A DNA stretch of 64,000 nucleotides. Origin: Paraspadella gotoi (lineage: Eukaryota > Animalia > Chaetognatha). A program made the translations under genes and the position numbers. The stretch's first letter is position 1. Each line of letters begins with the position of its first letter. The notes beneath the pieces were generated by a model that worked only from the letters and a program-made list of their open reading frames with translations, was not told the DNA's origin and searched no databases. This document shows positions 35,721 through 48,326 of the stretch, piece after piece. The DNA is taken from NCBI GenBank assembly GCA_051294375.1, contig JBJCIZ010000239.1, forward strand, positions 6,425,996-6,489,995, given 5' to 3'.

Positions 35721-38700
35721 TTTGCCCAAATACGAGACGTTGGAGGTCGATCATGGGACATCTCCAGCGACGCCCGTTCAGAGGCACCCAGTCCGGCCTA
35801 CGAACGAGGACGCCCGGCAGAAACACTCGGACAAACTTCGTGTAAATATTACAACGCACAGGGTTCGCGCCCGAAACCGGTTTCTCCTCCTCCGCTCCTC
35901 CTTCCCCCTCTCATCCAAACCACCCCCATTCCCACCAACCCCAACACCTGCGTCCCCATGTTACGTCTTTTCCTCCCTCACCTCTCTCGCTGCAGCGCTC
36001 CGATGCGAGACGAGTCAAGTTCCCCAGAAGCGAGAAGAGAGAATCCAACAACAGACAACAACAACAAAAAAGGAAAAAACAAACCCACGATCGTAAGATC
36101 CTCAACAACGCCGCAGAAGACTTTCTAGCAGTGCAACACTAATCGGCACTTACTCTTCGTGGCTCAGGGAGATGCTGTGACGTGTCAAAATCAATGACAA
36201 CAACAAAACGACGAAGAGAAAGACAAAAATAAAACCCCGCTCGTCGACCTATAATTGACGACGGAGCATCTTCGTCCTGCGGCATCCTTCGGTCTTCCTC
36301 CGTCCCCGACTCCGATGTCAAATATTACATCGTACCCATAGTGTTTTTGAATTTTGAATTTTGGAATTTTTCAATTTAGATTTGTGAAATTTTATTTTTA
36401 TATTTCTATATTTTATATCATACTTTCAGTCACACNNNNNNNNNNNNNNNNNNNNNNNNNNNNNNNNNNNNNNNNNNNNNNNNNNNNNNNNNNNNNNNNN
36501 NNNNNNNNNNNNNNNNNNNNNNNNNNNNNNNNNNNTTTTAAAGTTTTAAATAGGTTTAGATTTGCTGAGGAATCAAAGCCGTCTGGATGGCTCTGAGTTG
36601 TAACTCAGGTCGTCCAGAGCTCGAGTTCGATGGTTCGAATCCCATAAGTGGAGGAATTATTTCTGTAATAGATTTGATTCCTTCGAGCGGCCCCATGCCC
36701 CCCTGTTATAATATATGGTCTTAAATATTAGAGCAAAATAATTGTTGTCGTCTATCTCGAGTGATAAATGTTGATAAATAATATAGTAATGGTACTAAAA
36801 TACAATAATATTCACAACCGGTTTAAACATGCAAAAACGTTTTCAAAATGAAAAATACCAAAATTAAAAAAATACTAAAATACATAAAGTATATATAATA
36901 AGTGTACAATTGACAGTTGGAGCGCGGAGACGGGAGGAAGACCGAGGATGCCGGGAGAAGAAGCTCCAACTGTCGATTAGGTTGACAGGGGGTTTTTATT
37001 TTTTTCAATGTTGTTGTTGTTGTTGAACTTCTTTTGTCTCTTCAGCATCTCTTTGAGGACGACTGAGTAGGCTGGTCGATTACTATTGGGCATCCATGTT
37101 GTCGGCTTGTTTGAGAAGTTCTCCGACATTGGTTTTGAGAATCTTGTCATCGTTGGCTCATTCCCATCTTTTTCGTTGTTGTTGTTGTTGTTGTTCTTTT
37201 TGCTCTTTTCTTCTTCGTTCGGACCCGTCTCGCGTGGAAGCTGCCGAGAAGAGGAAGGAGGGAGCAAAAAGCGTAAAGGGGGGGATGGTGGGTGGGGGAT
37301 AGGGTGGGGACTTGGGGCTGGGTCAGTGAGGGAGGCGGAGGAGGAGGAGGAGAAGAAAGAGAAGGAGCGGGCGATAAGAATGGAGTGAGGCCGCTTCCAG
37401 AACGCGTTCAAATGCTACAGGAAACCCTTTATCGTCGTGGGTCATTTCTTAGGTCATTTCTTAGGACGTCTCCCTATTTAATCTGTATAATTAGGTAAAA
37501 ATTATTACGACGTCTCTGATTTTTTAGGCAATAAAATACTACCAATTCTGATATACATTACAAAATTTGAGTTGAAAATTTGTGTTATTGCAGTTTTTAG
37601 AAAGGTTTAAAAAATAGGTGTTTTTAACCATTTTTAGGGCTTTTTTGGGGCTGTATTTCGTTAAAGGGTTGTCCAAATTTGAAAAAATTTATATATTTGT
37701 AATCAGTAACATTTCACCAATATTTTGGCATAAACTTTTTTTAAAAAAATATTCTTTATCAAAAAATCATATTTTGTCGTAATATATTAAAAATCACTAT
37801 TTAGTTAATTATAAAAAAAATTATAATTTGATTACAGGAATAAAATTGCCTATCAATCAACTATTAATTTCTATAATAAAAAGTTTAACTAATAAATAAA
37901 AAATAAATAATAAGCTAATTATTAAACTTAGAAACTATGCATAAATTAATAAATAAATTTTTTTTTCAGCCTAACACTTTACCATTAGACCAAGTAATGT
38001 TAGATGAATTTTTACTGAGAAAAAAAAATATATCGTTTAAGTATTTTGAGCACAGTATGAAAATTAAATTTAAAAAAAAAATGATGGTCAAAACAAAACT
38101 TCAAAATATTTTTTTGAAATATAGAATGGGGAATAGACCATACCGAGTTCCATCCCACACATGCATATCAAGTCATTCCATTCATTATTATAGAATATAT
38201 AGCTTCCCTGGACTTATGAAGGAAAGCCAAGACCGGTACTGTATAAAAATCGTGTAAAAATCAGGTTTAAGTCTTATACCTTATATGTTATGAATAGGAG
38301 AGAAAATTTCTTTATAGATTCAATCGTGGTTAAGAGGAAGAATATGGGACGGTAGGAAAAGGGGAAGGAAATGTAACTTTTGTAATTAGTGTTTAAGGTT
38401 GACGGAATTTATCTAAATCTCGTCATTTTTCGTTTTCAATCAATATATTAAAAGATTGATTTCATTCCATCCAGGTACTATTTCTGCTATATTCATTTTA
38501 TCCCCAACTTTTTCATTTATTAATTCACTCGTTCCGTCACTTTCGAAGTGGAATGGATTTATGGGTGTAGATGATTTTATTTACAATATTTACAAATTCC
38601 CAGAATCATAACAGACGACATTTTTTTTTGGTTTTTACTTTTTCTATAAACGTTTTTATTCCCTCCCCCCCCCAAAAAAAGGGGAGTTACCAAGGAGAGT

Positions 38701-39104
38701 TCGCTTCAATTAATGTTCCACTTCATCGAAAATTTTTTCTTCTCATCGAAATTCGAAAACACGTGAAAGAAAAAAACGTTTTATTCTCTGCTATTAACCT
38801 ACCCGACCAATTTTTTACTCAATACTCATCTACTTTTTTTTTTTTTTGCTAAAGAGAAAAAACAACAGTATTCGGACAATTGTTTTTTTATATTTTTTAT
38901 AAGTTTTTATTTTTTCGAATCTTAAAAAAGAGAGAAAAATAAATCATTTACAATACATACCTTTTTTGTTTGTGCTGAATACGGTTCTGTATCTGATACG
39001 TATTTGCAATCTGATTGGTGAAGATACCAAACCTATCATCAACAATTACGTATTTCTTAACTTGCCAAGAAATTAATTATAATAAATTTGTCTCAAAGCA
39101 AACA

Positions 39105-39214
39105 ATGGCGGGAATTCAGAGTTTCGAAAACAAACTCTTTCAATTTGCGTCCGAGAATCAAATCGTTCCCAACAAAAAAGACAAGAAAGATGTGGAAACG
39201 GAAAAAGGTGCATT

Positions 39215-39309
<95 letters not shown>

Positions 39310-41659
39310 CATTTCACAACGAATTTCCCTTAAAAAAACCATAACAGATGCCGAAAAAAAGGTAAAACGCGACGACGAAGACGACGACGACGACGACGTC
39401 GATCCCTCGATTGCCGTTCAACGATTTACCCTCGGATTTCTCGTCGCGATGGCGCTGATCCTCGTGGCGCAGTTGGCGTTGCTCATCGTCATTCACGTCA
39501 AAGTGAATCGGCCTCAAAAGTCGTTTAGGTGATTGGATGTTATTTGTTTATTATATTTGATTATTATTATGTATTTTATTGTAAATGTATTGTGTATTAT
39601 GCATGTTTATGACTACATCCTTCGTTTGTTGCTGTTTGCTGTTTGATGTTCTGTTACAACCGACACCGCAGGGGATTCAATACAATGCAATATAGGTAGC
39701 CATAGGCATAGCCGATGAAATTTAAATGCATAGATTATGGTATTAAAATATTTTTTGTCAAAAATGATTTCTTCAGAGGGTAATTGCCTAATTAAAATTA
39801 TTTTGTTATTATATAAAGAAAAAAAATTTGAATCTTAAATTTTTTTGATAGATTCTGATAAAGCATAAAAAGTTAAACAATAATTATAATTACAGCTTTT
39901 AAGTGAAAATATAAAAAAACTGACAAAATCATCGAAAGATGAAGATGATAACAATTTTTTACAGTTTTTCTTATTTTGGACTCACTTATTATAAAAATAT
40001 TTAAATAAGAATTATACTTTGTGTAGACAACTTTTTTTGAGCTATGTGAATCTGGTCTTAAAATTTAAAAATTCTAAAAAAAATTTTGGCCTTTTCTATA
40101 AATAAATATTAAATAATTAATTACTAGGGTATAGAGCCATATAAGAAAATTTTTGTCCATCGAAAGTATACTTAAAAATGTATAAATTTTTGTTTGAGCA
40201 TGTACTCGCTATAAATTTTTGACTGAGCCTATTGACTCAATAGTATTGAGTGAGGCTATAGGTGAACGTATTAGTCAACTGTGGAGTTCGGCTTAAAAGG
40301 ATTAATCCATTTATTGGCCGAATTTGTCTTTTGAGTAAGATAAAAGAAAAGAAAATTTTCGTTAAAAAATTAAATTTTAATTTGTAATAAAATACTATGA
40401 ATGTGATCTCAATGTGACGCTTATTGTAACACTAGTGTAACGTAATGAAATGTAATAAAATTTCTCGGCAGCGAATCGGAAGTTGATTTTACGACCCAGA
40501 TAGAGGATAACGAAGGCAAATTTCGTCGGGCCATCGATCGGCAAAAGTAATTTATTATCAATTAATTAAATTAATTAAATATCATTTTTAAAACGTCACT
40601 TTTAACTCATAATCCAACCACCAGGAGTCGGGACGAGTCTTTGCACAAAAAGTTCAACGAATTAAAATCTTCGAAAATGTCCGACGCAAAACTTCCCGAA
40701 GTATTTTACGAAGGTGTTTCTCGTTGGTGGTTTTGTATTAAATATAGTTACATTAGTAGAAAAAGTATAAGGTATGACTAAAATTGTTGTTTTCCTTTTT
40801 TCTTTTTTGTTTAGTGTGAGAAAGAAAATGTTTATTTCTGGGCTCTCTTTTCCAAAAGCGCCCAATTTTAGTTTCTTAATGCGAGAAGTTAATTTTAACC
40901 ATAATATTTAACTCTAATCTTTTACAAAACCTATAACCGAATCGGGGTTCTTACAAAGGTTAAACCCTTCAACCACCCCGAATCCCTAACCTTAATTTCA
41001 AACCCTAACCTCTAACCTTTAACCTAACCCTAAACCCAAATGCTTAATCATTAACCCAAACCCCTAATGCCAAACCTTAGACTTAAATCAATAACCATCG
41101 TAATTAACCTAATCTTGAACCTAATATGGTGGACTAAAATCCACCAACCGTTCATTCACCTCCCAATCCAAAGGTCCGGGGTTTTAGCCCGGTAATCGTC
41201 TGGCAGTTAAGAGGGACGGGGCGCTTAACCCGCCTGTAACATGGTGTTACAGCCTGATCCGAAGCTCAGGGACTGCTTATATTGAACGGTTCTGTCATTA
41301 ACACTTATTGCTTATATTGAACGGTTCTGTCATTAACACTTATTGTCTCTTTACTAATTTCATTCATTAATATTTTCTTTTTCTTTAAACTAAAATTTGA
41401 TTTAATGCCGAATTTAATGTGAAATGGGGAGCTTTTGGAAAAGAGAGCCTTTTTTTTGTTGTTTGGTTTCAGATCTAAAAAAGGAAATTACGAAGAGGAT
41501 GGAAGAAATTCACGCGAAGATAGAATCTGGAATCAACAGAAAGTTTACGGGAAAGACGCCGGTAGTAATGCCTTCTGATTAATTTATTAATTAATTCTAT
41601 GGTTGATTACATTTTAACCGTTTCATTTATTCTATATTATATATTATTTCTTTTTTTTT

Positions 41660-41755
<96 letters not shown>

Positions 41756-42761
41756 TCCTTTTTTCATTCTTTTCTCCTTTCGGTTTCTTAACCACTAAAA
41801 CCATTTATTTTTAAACGATTTTAAATTTTTAGTTCGAATTGATTTTACTCCCTCCGTCCGTCCATCCAAATATCCATCCCTCCGTCCCTCCTCTCCCGAA
41901 CCCAGGAAGTCTGCCGCCGCGTGGACGCGGATCTGAAGACGTGGAAGAGGATCGTCCGCGACGAAGCGGAGAAGGGCGTGGATAGCGGCGTCGCCAAGGC
42001 CGTCGCCAACCTGACGGAGACCTTCCGCGTCATGGAGACCGTCTTCGCCGAGATGGAACGCTTCTCCAACGAGTCGTCTCACAGCGCCGGTCTATATACT
42101 TTGTTTTTTTGTTGTTTTTTTGTTGTTTTGTTTTGAAAATGGAAAAAATACATAAATATTAAAAAATAGTCAAAAAAATTACAAACAAAAAAGAAATATA
42201 AAAACACCAAAAAAAAAAGAAAAACAGACTAACAGGAAAATTATAAAGTGAAATCACTTCGAAAATAAAAGATTGAAAAAGAAACTTGCACATAAATAGT
42301 TTGCATCTTTGGTATGGATATTTTGATATCCGTCTTTCCCTTTCCAGCTAACATTACGAAAATGATGGGCGGACTCGGCGAGGAAATCGAACGCAATCTT
42401 AACGGAACCGTTCAAGTTTTGGACGAAGTCAAAAAGTTTCGCAAAAGATTCGTCGCTTTCGTTCAGGGTTAAGTTTTTTTTTGTTTAAGGAGAATGTTTA
42501 GTCTATTATTATTTTATATTCTTTACATTGATGGGTTGGTACATCTTATTTTATTGGTAATTCTTTGTTTAACATGTTGGGTAAGTCTATGAATTTTTTT
42601 CCAGGGTAAATTCTTTAATTTGACAGGTTGGTATATCTGTTTAGTTAACAAACGATTTTTATTGTAACAAGACGTACATGTTTCGGCTTTAGAGATATAC
42701 AAGCGTTCATCAGCGTCAAAATTATTTGTGAATTTTTGAAAAACATTTGTGCAAAGGAAAG

Positions 42762-42844
<83 letters not shown>

Positions 42845-45800
42845 GTACGTCTTGTTACAATAAAGATCGTTGTTGAAATCAATTTCAAACGTCTTCTACT
42901 AATTCAAAACACAACGAAACGAAAGGAAATTCACGAAGAACTATTGTTAAACTTATTTAGGATTTTATCAATTAAAAAAAAAAAAAAATAACAAAATTTA
43001 AAAAAATTGGAAACAATTTTATGAAAAAAAAACCAATATAAGAAAAAAAAAAAACAACTTGGCCCATCAAAAGTCAGGAGGCAAAATAACTGAATAATTT
43101 TTATATTGTTTGCTCTCATTTCTTAAAAAATACCTTTGTTGAATAATATTTTACTTTCATTCTTATCCATCTTTTTCAGAGGAAAAACTTAAAGTGGATA
43201 CTCCTTCCGTTGTTAAGGTATTCAAATAAAAGATAAATTGAGTTCTTTTGTATTTGTTCATTGAGTCAAATCAATTTATTTCTTTCGCTTAGATGAACAA
43301 TTTCATCAAAGGAAATCCTCTCATCGCGATTGCGGAATGCTTGGCTGAAAAAAACGCCAGTTTGAAATTTCAGTAAGAGGCACTATATATTTTCCAAAAG
43401 CGCCCCATTTCTGTCGCTAATCCTTTAATTTAGTTTTAACTCAAATACTTAAACTAATCTTTTAACAAATATTTAAGTTCACCCTCTGCTAATCCCCAAC
43501 CCATATCCCCCACATTTATTCCCTTACCTTAAACCCTATGTCCTAATCCAAATCCTTGTCCAAATCATTAACCGACTCCTTTGCTTAATCTCTCGTCTTA
43601 ATCCTTAATTCGATTCCTATCCTTAATTCCTTAATCCTTAATTCGAATCCTATCCTTAATCCTCACCTAATTTTAAAACTTGAAAAATAATTTATTTTTG
43701 ATTTTAAGCTGAAATGGTATACGTTTAGAAACTATGGTCGAGAAAGAGTCTGATTTAAATTTTGACTTTTTGTAACAATCAAAAGTAAAAAAGCTAAATT
43801 GATTATTTTTTTTCTGCCCTTGCTAATTTACATTTCAGGTCTCTGATTCCCAACTTTTATAGCTACGATTATGACTGGTGAGAAAATTAAAGATATGTAT
43901 AAAATATAAAAATAGTCGGTAAAAGAGTCACTAACTGACAGTATGGTAAATTCTAATTTAATGTTTAAATCTTTTATAATTTGGGTAAAATTAGATCTTT
44001 ATGTTCTTTATAATTTTACGGCTAGTGTATGAACGAATGAATGAATTTTGCCATCATTTGTGGCAAATCCTAAATTCGCCTCCCGTATTGCTTGGTGAAA
44101 TTCAGCTGGTCCCAGCTAAGTACTCGATCACCAACCATGAGTTCCGGGTTCAATCCCGTCACGGTCATGCTGGTTAAAGTGTGATGGTGTCGGCATAAAT
44201 ACGCCAGTGACCTTGGGTAGTCACTGCAGGTCCAAAGCCCTGAGCGCCAGCCGTCGGGAGATGCCTTACACCCCAGGCATCACACATGTGCCCCCCCGTT
44301 GCCATACATTATCAATAAGAGTGGATCTTTTTTATTTTAATTACTAAATTAGCCACTCCCCTTAATGACCCAATAATCAGCGGGAACGTTGAAAAATGCA
44401 ATCACATGATAAGAGACGGAGGCAAGGATCTTTTCGACAATGGAAATTTCCTCAGCGTCGAAATCAAATCGGAAAACTCGACCGACGCGGACCTTTGGAA
44501 TAAAACGGTGCGTACTGTACCACCGCTCTCTTTTGGCGGGCGCGCTCTATTTCTTAATGATTAAATATTCATCAAGAAGTTTAGAATATTATCATTCTTC
44601 TTTTTTTTTTTATCATTCATCTCGTAACCAAAAAGTTTGGGAGATTGCTAATGTAGTGAGGCGACTTACCACCGGTCTTTCTCTCTAAACCCGGTGGTAA
44701 GTCGCCTCAGAAGTTTTGCAAGAACCATCCTAACCTGGACTAAGGCATCGTGAATGCAGCTTAAAAAATTAACCTACAATGTGCTATTTTGCCTTTGGTC
44801 AACGAAACAGCATTGTATTATAGGTGATATTATGTCCCTACAACCTTGCTTGGTAGCTTGGTTTAGCCTTATTTTCAAAAAGTACCCCAGCTTAAATTCA
44901 AAATTAAGTGAGGCATTTGTTGGTTAACTTAGTGCCTATTTGTTTGATCGGATTAATTTTTTTTTTTCAGGTCAGAATGGAGGAAATCACTTCTTACGCC
45001 GGCGACGCGGCATTTGTCACGTCAAAAAAATCGATGCCCTTTCAATTGGTCGGTATCGTGGGAAACGTAACTGATCCCGTCGTACTTACGGTACGGAATG
45101 CGCCAATGCTGCATTGAATGTCGTATCTCAGTATGCTTGTTGATTTGGTTTTTAAATTTTAAATTTTCGATTTTTGAATTTTAGGATCAGATTATATTAA
45201 AAACTATTAAAAACTATGTTTATTGGGCCAATTTTTTATTTTTAGTCCAATTTTTATCAACTTACGACGATCGTTTTTCCTTTACAACATTTTGCCAGAA
45301 ATTCAAAATCTAAAAATAAATATAAGTGTAAAAATTAATATAAAAAAATTTAAATCTAAATATATATATAAAATGAAATCGGCCACCGAACTTACCCGCT
45401 TCCCTACCCGCGCAGATCCAACAGTGCGCCAATTACGGCGCCGACGGAAAGGGTAAGCACCGATCCTCTTCCGGCGAATTCAACGTGAATTCACACGGGG
45501 TTCACCTCACAGTCTCATTTTATACGGAGGAGCTCTACGGAACGAGGGACGCTAGCGTCACAAAAGTGAGGAAATATCGCAGCTAGTTCTCTCTCTCTCT
45601 CTCGCTCTCTCTCTCCCTCTCTCTCTCTCTCGATTTACAATTTCACATATTGAGCATAATTAATTTCTAGTATGCATATTTCTCTACCCCCTCTCTCTTC
45701 CTAAAGTTAAATTTAAAAATATTTAGCATGATAAATAAAAAAATTAAATCTTTCTCTCTCTCTCCCTCTCTCTCTGTCAACAAAACGAAATTCACTGTCA

Positions 45801-46616
45801 AAAAAGTTCGAATCCAGCATTAATTGCTAAACTAACTTTAACCAGCCATACAATATACAATAGACAATCTAAAAAAACCCTTTATCTCTCAAACTCACCC
45901 ACAAATCTTTTCCCTTACCCATCCCCCCATCTCCCCCTTAATTTCCCTGCAGGTGTTCTACGTCGTGGAGGCTTCCTCCACCAACGACGCCGAACTTCTC
46001 GTCAAAGTCTGGCGTCCGGGAAAGAGTCTTCAGCAGAGCTGCGATTCCCTGTCGGTGCTGCAGCCCAAGAACCTCGTCTTTGGCTACACGCTGTTGTCGA
46101 GATACGAGAACAATTACTTCAATAAGAATTCCGGTTGAAAGAAGGGATGGGGAGGAGGGGGGGAGGTAGAGGGTGAGGAGGGGGGGAGGTAGAGGGTGAG
46201 GAGGGGGGGAGGGAAGGGGAGCGAGGGGGGGAGCGAGGAGGGAGGGCAGGATGAGATGAGGGAGGGAATGAAGAGATTATATATACTACATGACATAACA
46301 TTACTACATGACTACAATAACTTTTGTTTTTTTTTAGTTTTAGGATTTCCTGAAGGCGGCGCTAGCAGTCATTTAGGTTTGAGGATTTTTTCCCTTCTTA
46401 ACAAATGAGCAACTAACTATAGGCGAGTTATGATGGCGTCTGATGAATAAAACTGATTAAACTGATTAAACTGATTATGAACATTTTTAAGTGGGTCAGA
46501 CCGATGGACAAACATAGCGACCGATCGACCGACAGAGCGCTGGGAGAGGTTATGGGAAAGAGAAAATGAAAGGAAAGGAGAATGCTACAAAGGGACGAAA
46601 AGAAAGAAAGAAAGAA

Positions 46617-46674
<58 letters not shown>

Positions 46675-46838
46675 TAGAACTATATATATAGAGAGAAGAA
46701 TGAAAATAGGAGATTAAAATATAATGTAAAATAAATCAATATGCAGGCGACGCTCTCATTCAATCTGTTCTACGATCGATGACGAAGACTTGCGTCGGAT
46801 CTTTGATCGGCGAAGCTCACGCGTCGAAGAATGATTGA
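39105..46838 (+). CDS. Uncharacterised type II single-pass membrane protein, ~542 aa, 14 exons
   Basis: Exons 39105-39207, 39348-39528, 40472-40546, 40625-40713, 41473-41561, 41906-42089, 42348-42467, 43180-43217, 43293-43372, 44381-44507, 44971-45090, 45416-45565, 45953-46133, 46747-46838. All junctions are GT-AG with matching phases and no internal stops (1629 nt). Acidic cytoplasmic N-terminus, TM 'FTLGFLVAMALILVAQLALLIVIHV', a helical stalk, and a C-terminal domain with 'IRDGGKDLFDNGNFL' and 'ANYGADGKG'. Confidence 0.8.
40841..41449. mobile_element. MITE with ~27-bp terminal inverted repeats and degenerate CCCTAA-like interior; contains a family-1 element
   Basis: Left GGCTCTCTTTTCCAAAAGCGCCCAATTT; right AAATGGGGAGCTTTTGGAAAAGAGAGCC. 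A related end occurs at 43379. Confidence 0.7.
44085..44320 (+). mobile_element. tRNA-derived SINE with a CORE-like motif (family 2); degenerate relatives at ~47665 and ~56550
   Basis: B-box GGGTTCAATCCC at ~44145 and central GTGACCTTGGGTAGTCACT, which resembles the CORE-SINE palindrome GTGACCTTGGGCAAGTCACT. Confidence 0.6.
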
Positions 46839-47970
46839 AACAAACAAACTATGTACATTGTACATTGTGCAAAGGAACGAAACAACGGAACAAACTATTG
46901 GGAAGGACAAATGGAATCGTTGGATAATTGGATTAAATTAGATTGATGCTTTAAAGAATTATATCGAAATGATTACTTTTTTTTATTAACTTGTGATATT
47001 GATGAACTTTTTTTTTTCAAATAATTCTTGTCCAAGTTCAATGAGAGCTTCAGAACTTTAGTTTTATTCAGAATATTTTTAAACCTCTTTCCGCTTTAGT
47101 ACGCTAAAATCTTTGCTTTTAGTACACAATTGCTCAACTCTGCTCTGGTTAAACCTAGAAGATAATTCGGGAATTGATATAATCATCAAAGGTGGAATCT
47201 AAACCAAGGAATCGAATCGGAATCTTATCGGAATCAAACCGGATCAGAGACTCGGATGAAATCAACCAAGAACTCACTGATCGGATGAATCAACCAATGA
47301 GAAGAGGGGCTTCAAGCCATCGGGAAAAAGAACCCATGTCGATGATCCAATGGCTCTGTATAAATACTGACCATTTCTGTATTGATTCAATCTGCCTGTA
47401 AACTCTCACACCGTTCTTTGCTTGTGAAATATTTGTCAATTAATTCCACCATTGGTTTCATGTTGAAATCTCTGTCTACTTACTTAAATGTGGTTCCACC
47501 AAACGCGTACGTACGAAGCAAAAACTTATATCAAACTTATACCGACATTTTGTTCTAATATAATCTTCAAATTAACTAATTCTTAACCCTAATCCTTAGC
47601 TTAATGTTAATCGTTTACTAAAATCATCCGTCCTACTTTTCTCAATCTTTAGTAATTATTGTTTTGTGGCGAATCCTAAATTCAATTCCCGTTTAACTTG
47701 GTGAAACTCAGCTAAGTACTCATTCACCATTCACCAACCGTGAAGCCCAGCTTCAATCCCCTCACAGTCACGCTGGTTTAGTGAAATGGTGTCAGTATAA
47801 ACTAGCCAATGACATGGAGTGATCAGTCATCACTACGGGGACAGAACCCTTACAATTTTAGTAAAAAGAAAAAAAAGCCAAATCCTTTTAACCATCTCTA
47901 TATATTTCAAAATTAAAAACTACTCAATATATCACATTATACCTCGCCGCCGTTGTATATTTTTCCTCTT

Positions 47971-48294
47971 TCACAACACCCCGGCCCCTTGCTCTTGCTC
48001 GGCGACCAGCTCCAAGAAGACTTGCTCCAGCGTGCACTGGGAGAACTGATACTCCTCGATGCCGACGGCTTCCTTGTTCCGCTCCAACGCCTCGAAGATC
48101 TCCGCCAGGGACTTGACGGCGTGCTGGGGGATCTTGAGGATGATTCGTCCGTCGAAATTCTCGCGCACTTCGAAGTTGTCGCCGTAGAGAGACTCGGTGA
48201 GAGCGAGAAAGGCCACTTCTCGATCCTATTTTTAATGGGGGAGGGGAAGAGGGGGGTAGGGTTTAGGGGGGGGGTGGAATAGAGAGTGTGAAAA

Positions 48295-48326
<32 letters not shown>

